DNA from: Arcobacteraceae bacterium
GTDB lineage: Bacteria > Campylobacterota > Campylobacteria > Campylobacterales > Arcobacteraceae
Assembly (NCBI GenBank): GCA_963667095.1
Contig: OY762960.1
Location: forward strand, 1,978,591-2,042,590
Direction: 5' to 3'
DNA length: 64,000 nt
In this document: positions 10,521 to 20,340 of the stretch, in pieces
Layout: each line of letters opens with the position of its first letter
How positions within the stretch are numbered: the stretch's first letter is position 1
Position numbers and translations under genes: made by a program
Notes under the pieces: model-generated
Database searches by the model: none
The model's input: only the letters and a program-made list of their open reading frames with translations
What the model was told of the DNA's origin: nothing

Positions 10521-12329
10521 CTAGCCAATGACTACTATAGTTTGACCCTCATTTACAGCATCGTTTGGTTTTACTGCTACATCTGTAATTGTACCAGCAC
10601 AAGGTGCTTCAATATCAATTTCCATTTTCATAGCTTCTAATATAGATACAACTTGACCTTTTTCTACTTTATCACCAACATTTACTAAAAGTTTCCAAAC
10701 ATTTCCACTTACTGTTGCACCAACTTCTGTACCAGTACCTGTTGCTGCTGGAGCTGCTGCTGGAGTTGCAGTTGTTTCAGGAGCTACAACTTGAATATCC
10801 GCGTTACCTTCTGCAACTTGAACACTGAATTTCTTACCATCTACTACTACTGTATAGTTACCATCTGCCATTTTTTTCTCTTCCTTATTATCTTTTGTTT
10901 CACAACTTAAATTTTCACAATCACTAATTTTTCTTATATTTAAAGGAGATTCCCCTTTTAAGAATGCAATACCTTTTTCATCACAAGCTGCTGCAATAAA
11001 AATATTCTCTTCAGTAGTTTCTAAACCTTCAATTTCTAATCTTTCTTTCCAAGCTGCTATTGATTTAGTAACATCATTATCAGCTAAATCTAATGGATTT
11101 TCTTTTGTTGGTTCAAGTTTTAATTTTTCACTTGCAAGTTTTACAATAGCCGGATCTGGTTCAACTGGAGTTTTACCAAAGTATCCTAGTACCATTTTCC
11201 CATAACCTGGAGCTATTTGTTTCCAAGGACCAAAGTTAACATTTGCATATGCTTGTTGCCAATAAAATTGTGATACAGGAGTAACAGATGTACCATAACC
11301 ACCTTTTTCAACAACCTCTTGCATAGCTTTGATAACTTCTGGGAACTTATCTAGAGTACCGTTATCTCTCATCATTTGCGTATTTGCTGTTAAAGCACCA
11401 CCTGGCATAGGAGAAAATGGAATTAAAGGTGAAACTTGAGTTGCTTCTGGTGGAATAAAATAATCTGAAAGACAATCTTTTAAAACTTCTTGATATTTTA
11501 AAACTTTTTCAATACTTAATCCACCTAAGTCAAAATTACTTCCTTTGGTTGCATGAAGCATTGTTAAGATATCAGGTTGACTTGTTCCACCACTAACTGG
11601 AGAGTTTGCTAAATCTATACCATCAGCACCAGCTTCTAATGCTGCTAAATATGCTGCAACACTTACACCAGCTGTTTCATGTGTATGAAGACGAAGATGT
11701 GTATCATCACCAAGAAGTTTTCTAGCCATTTTAATAGTTTCATAAACTTTTCTAGGGTTAGCAGTACCACTTGCATCTTTGAAACAAATAGAATCATATG
11801 GTAAACCACTATCTAAAATTTTTCTTAGAGTATTTTCATAAAATGGTACATCATGTGCACCTTCACATCCTGGAGGTAAATCCATCATCGTTACAACTGC
11901 TTCATGTTTTAATCCATGATTTTTAATACACTGTGCAGAATATTCTAAATTATGTACATCATTTAATGCATCAAAGTTTCTAATCGTAGTTGTACCATGT
12001 TTTGCAAATAGTTTTGCATGTAAATCAATTAGTTCTCTGCTACCTGTATCTAGCATTACAGTATTAATACCTCTTGCAAGTGTTTGAAGGTTTGCATCTG
12101 GACCAACAATACTTCTAAATCTATCCATCATATCAAATGCATTTTCTTGTAAATAGAAAAATAGTGATTGGAATCTAGCTCCGCCACCAAATTCAAAATG
12201 TTTTATTCCTGCATCAGAAGCTGCTTCGACAGCAGGTAAGAAATCATCCATAAGAACTCTTCCTCCAAAAACAGATTGAAATCCATCCCTGAAAGTAGTA
12301 TCCATTATATCAATATATTTTTTTGACAT
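10521..12329 (-). CDS. oadA: oxaloacetate decarboxylase alpha subunit (carboxyltransferase plus biotinyl domain)
   Basis: N-terminal TFRDGFQS carboxyltransferase (HMGL-like), an Ala/Pro linker, and the C-terminal biotin attachment motif EAMKME. Confidence 0.9.
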   Translation of the reverse strand: MSKKYIDIMDTTFRDGFQSVFGGRVLMDDFLPAVEAASDAGIKHFEFGGGARFQSLFFYLQENAFDMMDRFRSIVGPDANLQTLARGINTVMLDTGSRELIDLHAKLFAKHGTTTIRNFDALNDVHNLEYSAQCIKNHGLKHEAVVTMMDLPPGCEGAHDVPFYENTLRKILDSGLPYDSICFKDASGTANPRKVYETIKMARKLLGDDTHLRLHTHETAGVSVAAYLAALEAGADGIDLANSPVSGGTSQPDILTMLHATKGSNFDLGGLSIEKVLKYQEVLKDCLSDYFIPPEATQVSPLIPFSPMPGGALTANTQMMRDNGTLDKFPEVIKAMQEVVEKGGYGTSVTPVSQFYWQQAYANVNFGPWKQIAPGYGKMVLGYFGKTPVEPDPAIVKLASEKLKLEPTKENPLDLADNDVTKSIAAWKERLEIEGLETTEENIFIAAACDEKGIAFLKGESPLNIRKISDCENLSCETKDNKEEKKMADGNYTVVVDGKKFSVQVAEGNADIQVVAPETTATPAAAPAATGTGTEVGATVSGNVWKLLVNVGDKVEKGQVVSILEAMKMEIDIEAPCAGTITDVAVKPNDAVNEGQTIVVIG

Positions 12330-12334
12330 TATTG

Positions 12335-12586
12335 TTAGCCTTTTTGATTATTATAGTGTATTATTGCAGCTGAAATTGCCGCGATTGTATCTTTGTCATC
12401 AGTGTCATTTGTAGTCTGAGGTTTCCACTGTGATAGTTCCTCTTTGGGTTTGTCTGGGAAAAATTTTGCTATAAGTACCGCTTGTGCCTTAAGTGCAAAA
12501 ATCATTACTATTAGAAATAGAAAAACTATTCCCATACCAAGAGCCATGAATTTTAAAGACTCTGTGACTAAATTTATTTCTTCCAT
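12335..12586 (-). CDS. oadG: oxaloacetate decarboxylase gamma subunit
   Basis: Small single-TM protein (FMALGMGIVFLFLIVMIF) immediately upstream of oadA. ATG at 12586 follows GGAG. The tracked ORF extends to 12616. Confidence 0.7.
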   Translation of the reverse strand: MEEINLVTESLKFMALGMGIVFLFLIVMIFALKAQAVLIAKFFPDKPKEELSQWKPQTTNDTDDKDTIAAISAAIIHYNNQKG

Positions 12587-12858
12587 AAATGTTCTCCATT
12601 TTATTTTAGTAACCAAAATGTAACTACTAAAAATTAAAATTTCAACATTTTATATTAATATTGCTTTAGTAAATATTTAATAGGACTGTTAAGCGGTTCT
12701 ATTTTTAAAATTCTTCTTTTCAAAGGATAATTTCACACAATTTATATATAAATGAATCTACTTTTTCTCCAATGATTTTTATGTTGTTTTTCATCATATT
12801 TCCTTTTTTGTAATTTAAATTTTTAGAATAATGACATAAAAAACTATTTTTAAATAAA

Positions 12859-12879
12859 AATATTGCAATTTGCAATATT
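12859..12879. promoter_or_regulatory. perfect 21-bp palindromic operator AATATTGCAA-T-TTGCAATATT
   Basis: Read directly from the sequence. It ends 3 nt before the -35 hexamer of the repressor gene promoter. Confidence 0.6.
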
Positions 12880-12882
12880 TAT

Positions 12883-12911
12883 TTGACATTTATTATTCAA
12901 ATTGCTATAAT
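12883..12911 (+). promoter_or_regulatory. consensus sigma70-type promoter of the S24 repressor gene
   Basis: TTGACA (12883-12888), a 17-nt spacer, then TATAAT (12906-12911). GGAGG RBS precedes the ATG at 12936. Confidence 0.65.
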
Positions 12912-12935
12912 TTAGAATAAATTTGGAGGTAAATC

Positions 12936-13592
12936 ATGTTAAATATAAATGAAATTATAGAAAAACTTAGAGATGTTTTATCAAGTGAAAAAGAGTTGGG
13001 GAAAGTTTTTGATAAAGATATTGCAAATGCACTAGATCTTACAAGTGTGAATTTTGCGACAATGAAAAAAAGAAACAGTGTTCCTTTTTCTAATATACTT
13101 GACTTTTGTGCTTTAAAAAAGATATCAATCAATTGGCTTTTATATGGACAAGATCCAAGTAGCTTAGTAGATAGTACAGATAAATATTGGATAAAATATT
13201 TTCCAAGTGTAAGTGTAAGTGCTGGTGGTGGTGCTTTTGAAGATGAAGATGATTTTGAAAAATTAGATTTACCTGACTTTTTTGTCAATATTATAGGTGG
13301 AAAAGAAAATTTAAAAAATATTGAAGCTATCAATGTTACTGGTGATAGTATGGAACCAACATTAAATAATGGAAATATAATTTTTATAGATAAAACAAAA
13401 GGTGATGCATCTAAAGATGGGATATATGCATTTATCAATGAAAATGGATTGTTTGTAAAGCGTATTCAAAAAAGAGTTGATGGTGCTTTGGATATTATTT
13501 CAGATAATAAAGAATATCCAATTCAAATAGCCAATAAAAAAGATATCACTATATTAGGGAAAGTAGTAAGTTCTATAGGAAAAGTATTTTAA
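12936..13592 (+). CDS. CI/LexA-like transcriptional repressor (XRE-type HTH plus S24 self-cleaving peptidase domain)
   Basis: N-terminal HTH DIANALDLTSVNFATMKKRNSVPFSNILDFC. The C-terminal S24 domain has GDSMEPT (Ser nucleophile) and FVKRI (Lys). Confidence 0.85.
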   Translation: MLNINEIIEKLRDVLSSEKELGKVFDKDIANALDLTSVNFATMKKRNSVPFSNILDFCALKKISINWLLYGQDPSSLVDSTDKYWIKYFPSVSVSAGGGAFEDEDDFEKLDLPDFFVNIIGGKENLKNIEAINVTGDSMEPTLNNGNIIFIDKTKGDASKDGIYAFINENGLFVKRIQKRVDGALDIISDNKEYPIQIANKKDITILGKVVSSIGKVF

Positions 13593-13654
13593 TGAGAAAA
13601 GTTACAAATGATATTTTAAATTAAGATTATTTTCAGGAAAACTATCAATATATT

Positions 13655-13663
13655 TTGATATAA
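13655..13663 (+). promoter_or_regulatory. extended -10 promoter element TGaTATAAT upstream of the CNNM gene
   Basis: TG at 13655-13656 and TATAAT at 13658-13663. This implies a leader of roughly 75-80 nt before the GTG at 13747. Confidence 0.4.
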
Positions 13664-13746
13664 TATTTTAAAATTATTTAAATATGGAGTATTTGCTTGG
13701 ACAGTCATTCCCCCTTGTGGTTAGTTTATAAAAAAGGTTATTTATC

Positions 13747-14793
13747 GTGGAATATTTAATCTTTCTATTTGTATTGGTGATTGGTGTATCATTTTTGTGC
13801 TCAATTTTGGAATCTGTATTATTATCTACAAATGCTTCTTATATAGCAGTGTTGGAAAACGATAATCCAAAAGTAGGAAAGTTACTTAAAGATTTAAAAA
13901 AAGATGTAGACAAGTCAATATCTTCAATATTGATTTTAAATACATTTGCAAACACTTTGGGTGCTACTGCTATTGGTGTACAAGCTCAAAATCTCTTTAA
14001 TGATGATAGTAATGTTGTTTTAGCTGTTTCTATTATTTTAACTTTCTGTATATTGTTTTTTGCAGAAATTATCCCTAAAACAATAGGTGCTATTTATTGG
14101 AAAGAACTGGCTCCTCTTGGAGCTAGAATTATAAATATCTTTATAATTATTACATATCCTATTATTATATTTACATTATTTGTTACTCGTAAAATAAATA
14201 ACAATAAAGATTCTGAAATTGTTTCTAGAGAAGAGCTGATTCATAGTGCGCTTTTAAGTGAAGAAGATGGTGTTATTAATGATATGGAATCAGATATTAT
14301 AGAAAATGCACTTTTGCTAAAACAGAAGAAAATAAAAGATATTTTTACACCAAGAAGTGTAGTTTTCTCTGTACCTAAAGATACTTTAATCAAAGATTTA
14401 CTTGATGATAAAAGAACATATAAATTTTCTAGAGTTCCTGTGTATGATGGTACTATTGACAATATTGTTGGAATGGTACTGACTAAAAAGATTTTCAAAC
14501 ATGCTATTAAAGACCCTGAGGTAACAATAGAATCAATCATGTCAAAAGTAGATAATATAAATGAAAATATACCTGTTTTAAAAGCTTTAAGTAGTTTTAT
14601 AAAAGCAAAAGGACATATGCTAATAGTAACAGATAGTTATGACCAAACTGAAGGTATTGTGACACTTGAAGACTGTGTAGAGACATTACTTGGGTTAGAA
14701 ATTATGGATGAATTAGATACTACAGAAGATATGAGAAAATTAGCAACGGCTAAAATGAGAGCGAAAAGAAAAGAAAAAGAATCTGAAAACTAA
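13747..14793 (+). CDS. CNNM/DUF21 plus CBS-pair membrane protein (hemolysin/CorB-like divalent cation transporter family)
   Basis: N-terminal 4-TM DUF21-like region (AEIIPKT motif) followed by tandem CBS-like segments. GTG start. Confidence 0.8.
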   Translation: MEYLIFLFVLVIGVSFLCSILESVLLSTNASYIAVLENDNPKVGKLLKDLKKDVDKSISSILILNTFANTLGATAIGVQAQNLFNDDSNVVLAVSIILTFCILFFAEIIPKTIGAIYWKELAPLGARIINIFIIITYPIIIFTLFVTRKINNNKDSEIVSREELIHSALLSEEDGVINDMESDIIENALLLKQKKIKDIFTPRSVVFSVPKDTLIKDLLDDKRTYKFSRVPVYDGTIDNIVGMVLTKKIFKHAIKDPEVTIESIMSKVDNINENIPVLKALSSFIKAKGHMLIVTDSYDQTEGIVTLEDCVETLLGLEIMDELDTTEDMRKLATAKMRAKRKEKESEN

Positions 14794-14811
14794 AAAATGT
14801 AGAAAGTTGAT

Positions 14812-16683
14812 TTAACTTTCTACATAGTTTTTAAGGTTTCTTCCAACTTTTGGATGTTTTAATTTTTTAATAGCACTTGACTCAATTTGTCTAACTCTTT
14901 CTCTTGTGACACTAAGATTGTTTCCAATCTCTTCAAGAGTTCTATCACTTCTATCATCTAAAAGACCAAATCTCATTCTAACAACAGCTTGTTCTCTTTC
15001 ATTTAATTGACCTAGTATTTGATCTATTTGACCAAGTAAGTCATCATGCATAATATTATCAACAGGTGTTGGTGCTTGAGTATCTGCAACAAAGTCACCA
15101 AACTTACCATCATCTTCATTTCCTATTGGAGCATCAAGTGAAACAGGTTCTTTAGTTATTTTAATAACTTGTTTTACTTTATCAACAGTAAGCCCAACTT
15201 CTTTTGCAATTTCATCTACATCAGGCTCTCTTCCATTTTCTTGGATACCTTTTCTAATGATTTTATTGATTCTATTAATAGTTTCAATCATATGTATTGG
15301 AATTCTAATTGTTCTTGCTTGGTCTGCAATAGCTCTACTTATAGCTTGTCTAATCCACCAAGTTGCATATGTTGAAAATTTATACCCTTTTTTGTACTCA
15401 AATTTATCAACAGCTTTCATTAATCCAATATTACCTTCTTGAATTAAATCTAAAAATGGTAAACCACGATTTGTATATCTTTTAGCAATAGAAACAACAA
15501 GTCTTAAATTTGATTTAGCCATTCTGTTTTTTGCTTCATCAGTGATTTTTTTACCAAGTTTAATTTGTTCTAGAACTTCTTTTAATTCATCCTCTTCTAA
15601 ATCAAATCCACCTTCACTTGCTTGTGCAGTTTGATAAAGTTTTTTAATCTCCATATAAGTACTAACCATAGTTGCTTCAGGAACCATACCTATAATATCA
15701 ACTTTTGAAAGTGTTAAGATTTTATCAAGAAGCTTTTTGTGATTTTCTAATAATGTATCATTAAAAAGTGGAAGTTTATATTCTAATCTTTTTAATTCTA
15801 CTTCAAACCCATCAGCACTTGAAAGAGATGTTTCCATCGCTTTTACAATTTCTGCTATTAGTTTACTTGTAGGTCCAAGTTCTATAAGACTTTCTTTGAT
15901 AAGTTTCTTTTTAAATGCACATTGTAAATCAAATAATAATGTATCAGCATATTCATTACTTTTAGCATCTTCTTTTGATATAAATTTTAACCAGTCTTTT
16001 TTAGCTTTTTCTAACTTTTTAAAAGATTCAATAATATTTTGTGCTCTTTTATCTAGTTTTTTATCTTTTGACTTACCCTCATCATCAGGATTTTCTATAT
16101 CTTCTATATCCTCATCTTCTACATCTATATCAGAATTATCATCTTCATTGTCATCATCAAAGTTCTTAAATAGCTCTTTAACTTTTCTTTCTCTATTTAC
16201 AAGAGGTTCTTTGTATTCTAAAATAAAATCAATAAGATATGGTACCGAACATATAGCATCAAGGATAGTATTTTCACCTTTTTCCATATTTTGACTTATC
16301 TCTATCTCTTCTTCTTTTGTTAAAAGAGGAACTTTACCCATCTCTCGTAGATACATTCTTACAGGTGAATCTGAACGACTCCACTCTAGTAACTCTTTAT
16401 TTTTTAAAAGATCAAATTCTTCACCCTCTTGATTCTCTTGTCTTTTAATTCTAGCATCTTCTTTTTTCTTATATTCTAGTTCATTGAGTTTTTTAGCGTG
16501 TTCTCTTGAACTAATTAAATCGACATTAAAAAGTTGTTTTTGGGCAATGATTTTCTTTATTATTGCACTTGTAGGTGCTTTTGGAAAAAGTAAAACAAGC
16601 TTTTCATGTGTTAATGTACCATCTTTATTCTCTTTAAATATCTTTTCTATCAGTTTATTTACATCTTTTGTTTTTGGTGCCAT
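14812..16683 (-). CDS. rpoD: RNA polymerase primary sigma factor
   Basis: Region 2 ([15 protein letters not shown]), region 4 ([20 protein letters not shown]) and an acidic region 1 linker. Confidence 0.95.
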   Translation of the reverse strand: MAPKTKDVNKLIEKIFKENKDGTLTHEKLVLLFPKAPTSAIIKKIIAQKQLFNVDLISSREHAKKLNELEYKKKEDARIKRQENQEGEEFDLLKNKELLEWSRSDSPVRMYLREMGKVPLLTKEEEIEISQNMEKGENTILDAICSVPYLIDFILEYKEPLVNRERKVKELFKNFDDDNEDDNSDIDVEDEDIEDIENPDDEGKSKDKKLDKRAQNIIESFKKLEKAKKDWLKFISKEDAKSNEYADTLLFDLQCAFKKKLIKESLIELGPTSKLIAEIVKAMETSLSSADGFEVELKRLEYKLPLFNDTLLENHKKLLDKILTLSKVDIIGMVPEATMVSTYMEIKKLYQTAQASEGGFDLEEDELKEVLEQIKLGKKITDEAKNRMAKSNLRLVVSIAKRYTNRGLPFLDLIQEGNIGLMKAVDKFEYKKGYKFSTYATWWIRQAISRAIADQARTIRIPIHMIETINRINKIIRKGIQENGREPDVDEIAKEVGLTVDKVKQVIKITKEPVSLDAPIGNEDDGKFGDFVADTQAPTPVDNIMHDDLLGQIDQILGQLNEREQAVVRMRFGLLDDRSDRTLEEIGNNLSVTRERVRQIESSAIKKLKHPKVGRNLKNYVES

Positions 16684-16848
16684 TTAAATCCATAGCCTTT
16701 ATATGTTGAATTTTTTAAGATATATTATACTGAAATTTACTTGAAAAAATGATTAATTAATAATAATTTAGATAAAATGCGAAATATCAAACACTATAAA
16801 ATATATAAATATTGACTAGTGTGGTAATATGTTAAGGAAATATAATAA

Positions 16849-17349
16849 ATGAATAAAATTACTGGAAAAGTATGGAACTTTGGTGATAATATAGACACTG
16901 ATTTAATTATTGCTGCAAGATATTTGAATAGTAGTGATCCTCATCACTTGGCTCAATTTGTTATGGAAGATGCAGATCCAGAGTTTGCTAAAAAGGTTCA
17001 ACCAGGTGATATTATCGTTGCTGGTGAGAATTTTGGTTGTGGTAGTAGTAGAGAACATGCTCCAATAGCTTTAAAAGCAGCAGGTGTTGCAGCTGTAGTA
17101 GCACCAAGTTTTGCTAGAATATTTTATAGAAATGCTTTTAATATGGGACTTCCTATTTTTGAGTTACCTGAGGCAATAGAGATAAAAGAGGGTGAGTTAA
17201 TCTCAATAGATTTAGATGCAGGTACGATTGCAAATATTGATAAAGAAAAAACATATAATTTTACTCCAATTCCTCCATTTATGCAAGAGTTATTAGCTGA
17301 TGGTGGATTAATGAATTATGCAAAAAAGGAAGCGCATGGCAAGTTATAA
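16849..17349 (+). CDS. leuD: 3-isopropylmalate dehydratase small subunit
   Basis: Short-type LeuD with [13 protein letters not shown]. Confidence 0.9.
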   Translation: MNKITGKVWNFGDNIDTDLIIAARYLNSSDPHHLAQFVMEDADPEFAKKVQPGDIIVAGENFGCGSSREHAPIALKAAGVAAVVAPSFARIFYRNAFNMGLPIFELPEAIEIKEGELISIDLDAGTIANIDKEKTYNFTPIPPFMQELLADGGLMNYAKKEAHGKL

Positions 17350-18397
17350 TATCTCATTGATAAAAGGTGATGGTATAGGTGTTGAGATAGTTGATGAAGC
17401 TGTGAAAGTTTTAGATGCTGTTGGAAAAAAATTTGATATCAATTTTTCATATAGTGAATACTTAATGGGTGGATGCGCTATTGATGCAACAGGTAATCCA
17501 TTACCACAAGAAACTATTGATGGTGTATTAGCAAGTGATGCTTGTTTATTTGGTGCTATTGGTGGACCTAAATGGGATTCTCAACCTAGAGAATTGAGAC
17601 CAGAATCAGGACTTTTAAGATTTAGAAAAGAGATGGGTGTATTTGCAAACTTACGACCAGCTGTAGTATATGATGAACTTGTTGATGCAAGTAGTTTAAA
17701 ACCAGAAGTTATCAAAGGTGTTGATATAATGGTTGTACGGGAACTAATTGGTGGAATTTATTTTGGTGAACCAAAAGGTAAAACTGAAGAAAAAGGCTGG
17801 AATACTATGGTATATACAGTTACTGAGATTGAAAGAATTGCTCATGTTGCATTTAAGTTAGCAATGAAAAGAGATAAAAGAGTATGTTCAATTGATAAAG
17901 CCAATGTTCTTGATGTAAGCCAACTTTGGAGAGACACTGTTGAAAAAATCGCAGTTGAGTATCCTGAAGTTGAATTATCACATATGTATGTTGATAACTG
18001 TGCTATGCAACTTATTGCAAATCCAAAACAATTTGATGTTATTCTTACTGGAAATATTTTTGGTGACATTTTATCTGATGAAGCTTCTATGTTAAGTGGA
18101 AGTATTGGTCTTTTACCATCAGCTTCAACTGGTGAAAAAACAGCTGTATATGAACCAATTCACGGTTCAGCACCTGATATAGCAGGATTAGGTATTGCAA
18201 ATCCAATTGCTACTATTTCTAGTGCTTCTATGATGCTTCGATACTCTTTAGATGAAGAGGCTGCTGCTGATGCAATTGATGCTGCAATTAAAAAAGCTAT
18301 GGCTAATGGTTATAGAACAGGTGATTTAGCTGCTTATGACTGTAAAGAAAAAGTAAATTGTACACAAATGGGTGATATTATTGCTAGTTACATTTAG
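17336..18397 (+). CDS. leuB: 3-isopropylmalate dehydrogenase
   Basis: GDGIG and [14 protein letters not shown] motifs. I prefer the start at [15 protein letters not shown] (17336), which overlaps the leuD stop. The tracked ORF begins at 17318. Confidence 0.93.
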   Translation: MASYNISLIKGDGIGVEIVDEAVKVLDAVGKKFDINFSYSEYLMGGCAIDATGNPLPQETIDGVLASDACLFGAIGGPKWDSQPRELRPESGLLRFRKEMGVFANLRPAVVYDELVDASSLKPEVIKGVDIMVVRELIGGIYFGEPKGKTEEKGWNTMVYTVTEIERIAHVAFKLAMKRDKRVCSIDKANVLDVSQLWRDTVEKIAVEYPEVELSHMYVDNCAMQLIANPKQFDVILTGNIFGDILSDEASMLSGSIGLLPSASTGEKTAVYEPIHGSAPDIAGLGIANPIATISSASMMLRYSLDEEAAADAIDAAIKKAMANGYRTGDLAAYDCKEKVNCTQMGDIIASYI

Positions 18398-18414
18398 TAG
18401 TTACTAAAGTTGAT

Positions 18415-18452
18415 AAAAAAGGGGAAAGGCACTTTGCCTTTCCCCTTTTTTT
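18415..18452. terminator. strong bidirectional rho-independent terminator between leuB and the convergent GGDEF gene
   Basis: The stem is GGGGAAAGGC/GCCTTTCCCC (10 bp) with a 5-nt loop. An A-run lies upstream and a T7 run downstream. Confidence 0.9.
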
Positions 18453-18477
18453 ATAAGTAAGATTATTTGATTAAAAG

Positions 18478-20319
18478 TTAAAATAGTTCTACTTCAACTT
18501 TTTCCTTAAACCTTATAACCTGATCTCTTCCATTTTCTTTTGCTTCATATAAAGCAACATCTGCATTTTTTAATACTATATCAAAATTTGTAGAGTCCTC
18601 TGGAAACATTGAAAGTCCAATACTTACAGTTTTTCTGAGTTTATTTCCTGCATATACATTTATCTCATTTTGACTTACTTTTGTTTTTATTTTATTTGCT
18701 ATTTCTATAGCAGAGTTTTCACTATCTACACCAATAAGTAAAACAATAAACTCTTCACCACCATATCTTACAACTATATCTGATTCTCTAACATTTTCAC
18801 TAAGTATTCTACTTAATTCTTTTAACACTAAATCACCAATATCATGTCCATATTCATCGTTTACAGCTTTAAAATGATCCATATCAAGCATTAGTACACC
18901 TATATTGAGTTTTTCTCTTAGTGCTTGCGGAATAAGTTTTGTTAAATGTTCATCTAAGAACTTTCTATTGTAAAGATTTGTTAGACCATCTTTAAAGGCA
19001 GAAGATTTAAGAGCTTCAAGTAAAAGTTTTACTACTAAAGAAGGAGTTGCTTCCATGAAATAATTTTTAATTAATGGGATATTTCTAACAAGTTCATCAA
19101 GTTGTGTTTTTGTATCTAAAACAAAATTTACAATTAAGATAGATTGGTCACCAATATCAATTGAAGTACAATAATAAAGTTTTTCGTTGTTTGTGAAGTG
19201 AGGACATACCGAATGATCTTTTACACTTATTACATCATTTGTGCTTCTGACAACTCTACATAAATCTGGATTATCTTTAATAGCATTTATACAATAGTTT
19301 GGATTATCACCTTTTGAGTAGACAATTGTTGTTTTATTATTATGATAATTTTGTTCCATAAATGTAAAATTCTTTAATCTAAATCTATTTTCTAAAATCT
19401 CTGCAAGTCTTTTATATATTTCATGTTTGTCTTTATCTATCTCTATCTCTTTTTTGAATTGGTAAATATCTGAAAGATTCGTGATAATTCTTTGAGAATT
19501 TAAGAGAGGATTATTACTGTGATAGAGTTGATTTCCAATAAAAATATTCAGCTTATTATCAATATCTGTAAATGTTGTACTCAATCCATTTACAAGTTGA
19601 TTATATTCATTTATCAGTTGTTCTGACTCATCAGATAAACCTTTTCTTTTTATAATATTTGTAAATACTCCATTTGATATATTTTTTATTTTTCCACTTA
19701 ATTCATCAATTGTTTCAAGATGAGGCTTTAAAGCATTATTTGCAAAAAATAGTACGAGTAATATTGCCAATAAAGTAAAAGTCATAATAACAACAGCAAG
19801 CCTTAAACCAGAAGTTCTGATATCAGATATATCCATCAAGATACTCACAGCACCTAAAGTATCCCCATAAGATACATCATGACAACTTATACAGTTTGCT
19901 ATATTATTTTGTTCAGCTCTATAAGGTATAGTTACTCTAATAGTAGTTTTTTCAAATGTTTCATTAAGTACATATTGCATTTTTGAATTCGATAATACAT
20001 CGATATCTATTTTATCTCTAGGTTTTTCTAATTTATTAGCTTTCCCATATTGTTTGATAACATTATCTCCACGAATTACCCAAAGCTTTTCAATATTATT
20101 CATATCTGAAATTGAATTTAAGTAAATGTCTCTTTGGTGCATATTGTTATTTATCATATATGAAGTTAATCCATTTTTGACAACTTCTGAGATGGTTTTT
20201 GCTTTATCAATTGCAGAACTAATTCCATGTGACCTAAAGTTTAATGATTCAATAGTTGTTAAACCAATACCTATAAATAACATTATAATAATTAATTTCG
20301 CTAATATCTTTTTTTTCAT
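18478..20319 (-). CDS. sensor diguanylate cyclase (TM, periplasmic CxxCH domain, TM, HAMP-like, Cys-rich module, GGDEF)
   Basis: CISCH at nt 19879-19893 lies between two TM helices. C-terminal RYGGEEF has an RESD I-site 5 aa upstream. Paralogue of 1-1503. Confidence 0.9.
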   Translation of the reverse strand: MKKKILAKLIIIMLFIGIGLTTIESLNFRSHGISSAIDKAKTISEVVKNGLTSYMINNNMHQRDIYLNSISDMNNIEKLWVIRGDNVIKQYGKANKLEKPRDKIDIDVLSNSKMQYVLNETFEKTTIRVTIPYRAEQNNIANCISCHDVSYGDTLGAVSILMDISDIRTSGLRLAVVIMTFTLLAILLVLFFANNALKPHLETIDELSGKIKNISNGVFTNIIKRKGLSDESEQLINEYNQLVNGLSTTFTDIDNKLNIFIGNQLYHSNNPLLNSQRIITNLSDIYQFKKEIEIDKDKHEIYKRLAEILENRFRLKNFTFMEQNYHNNKTTIVYSKGDNPNYCINAIKDNPDLCRVVRSTNDVISVKDHSVCPHFTNNEKLYYCTSIDIGDQSILIVNFVLDTKTQLDELVRNIPLIKNYFMEATPSLVVKLLLEALKSSAFKDGLTNLYNRKFLDEHLTKLIPQALREKLNIGVLMLDMDHFKAVNDEYGHDIGDLVLKELSRILSENVRESDIVVRYGGEEFIVLLIGVDSENSAIEIANKIKTKVSQNEINVYAGNKLRKTVSIGLSMFPEDSTNFDIVLKNADVALYEAKENGRDQVIRFKEKVEVELF

Positions 20320-20340
20320 TTAAATTCCAATTGTGTATCT

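Noticed and set aside
12657-12677. Second operator-like site AATATTGCTTTAGTAAATATT in the oadG upstream region, with the same 21-nt span as the palindrome
   Set aside because: Only the outer AATATT arms and GC match (15/21). AATATT is self-complementary and very common in this AT-rich DNA, so the match is not distinguishable from chance.
12905-13438. 177-aa ORF antisense to the S24 repressor gene
   Set aside because: It lies entirely inside the well-supported repressor CDS on the other strand. The translation is low-complexity (Ser/Phe/Ile/Lys-rich) with no RBS. This is a typical shadow ORF in AT-rich DNA.
12617-13746. S24 repressor as a marker of a prophage or integrative element
   Set aside because: There is no integrase, excisionase, Cro-like partner, phage structural gene, tRNA attachment site or flanking direct repeat. 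The neighbours are core metabolic and transport genes.
16684-16848. Possible leucine leader peptide or attenuator upstream of leuD
   Set aside because: The only mini-ORF there (MRNIKHYKIYKY) has no Leu codons, and no alternative hairpins are evident.
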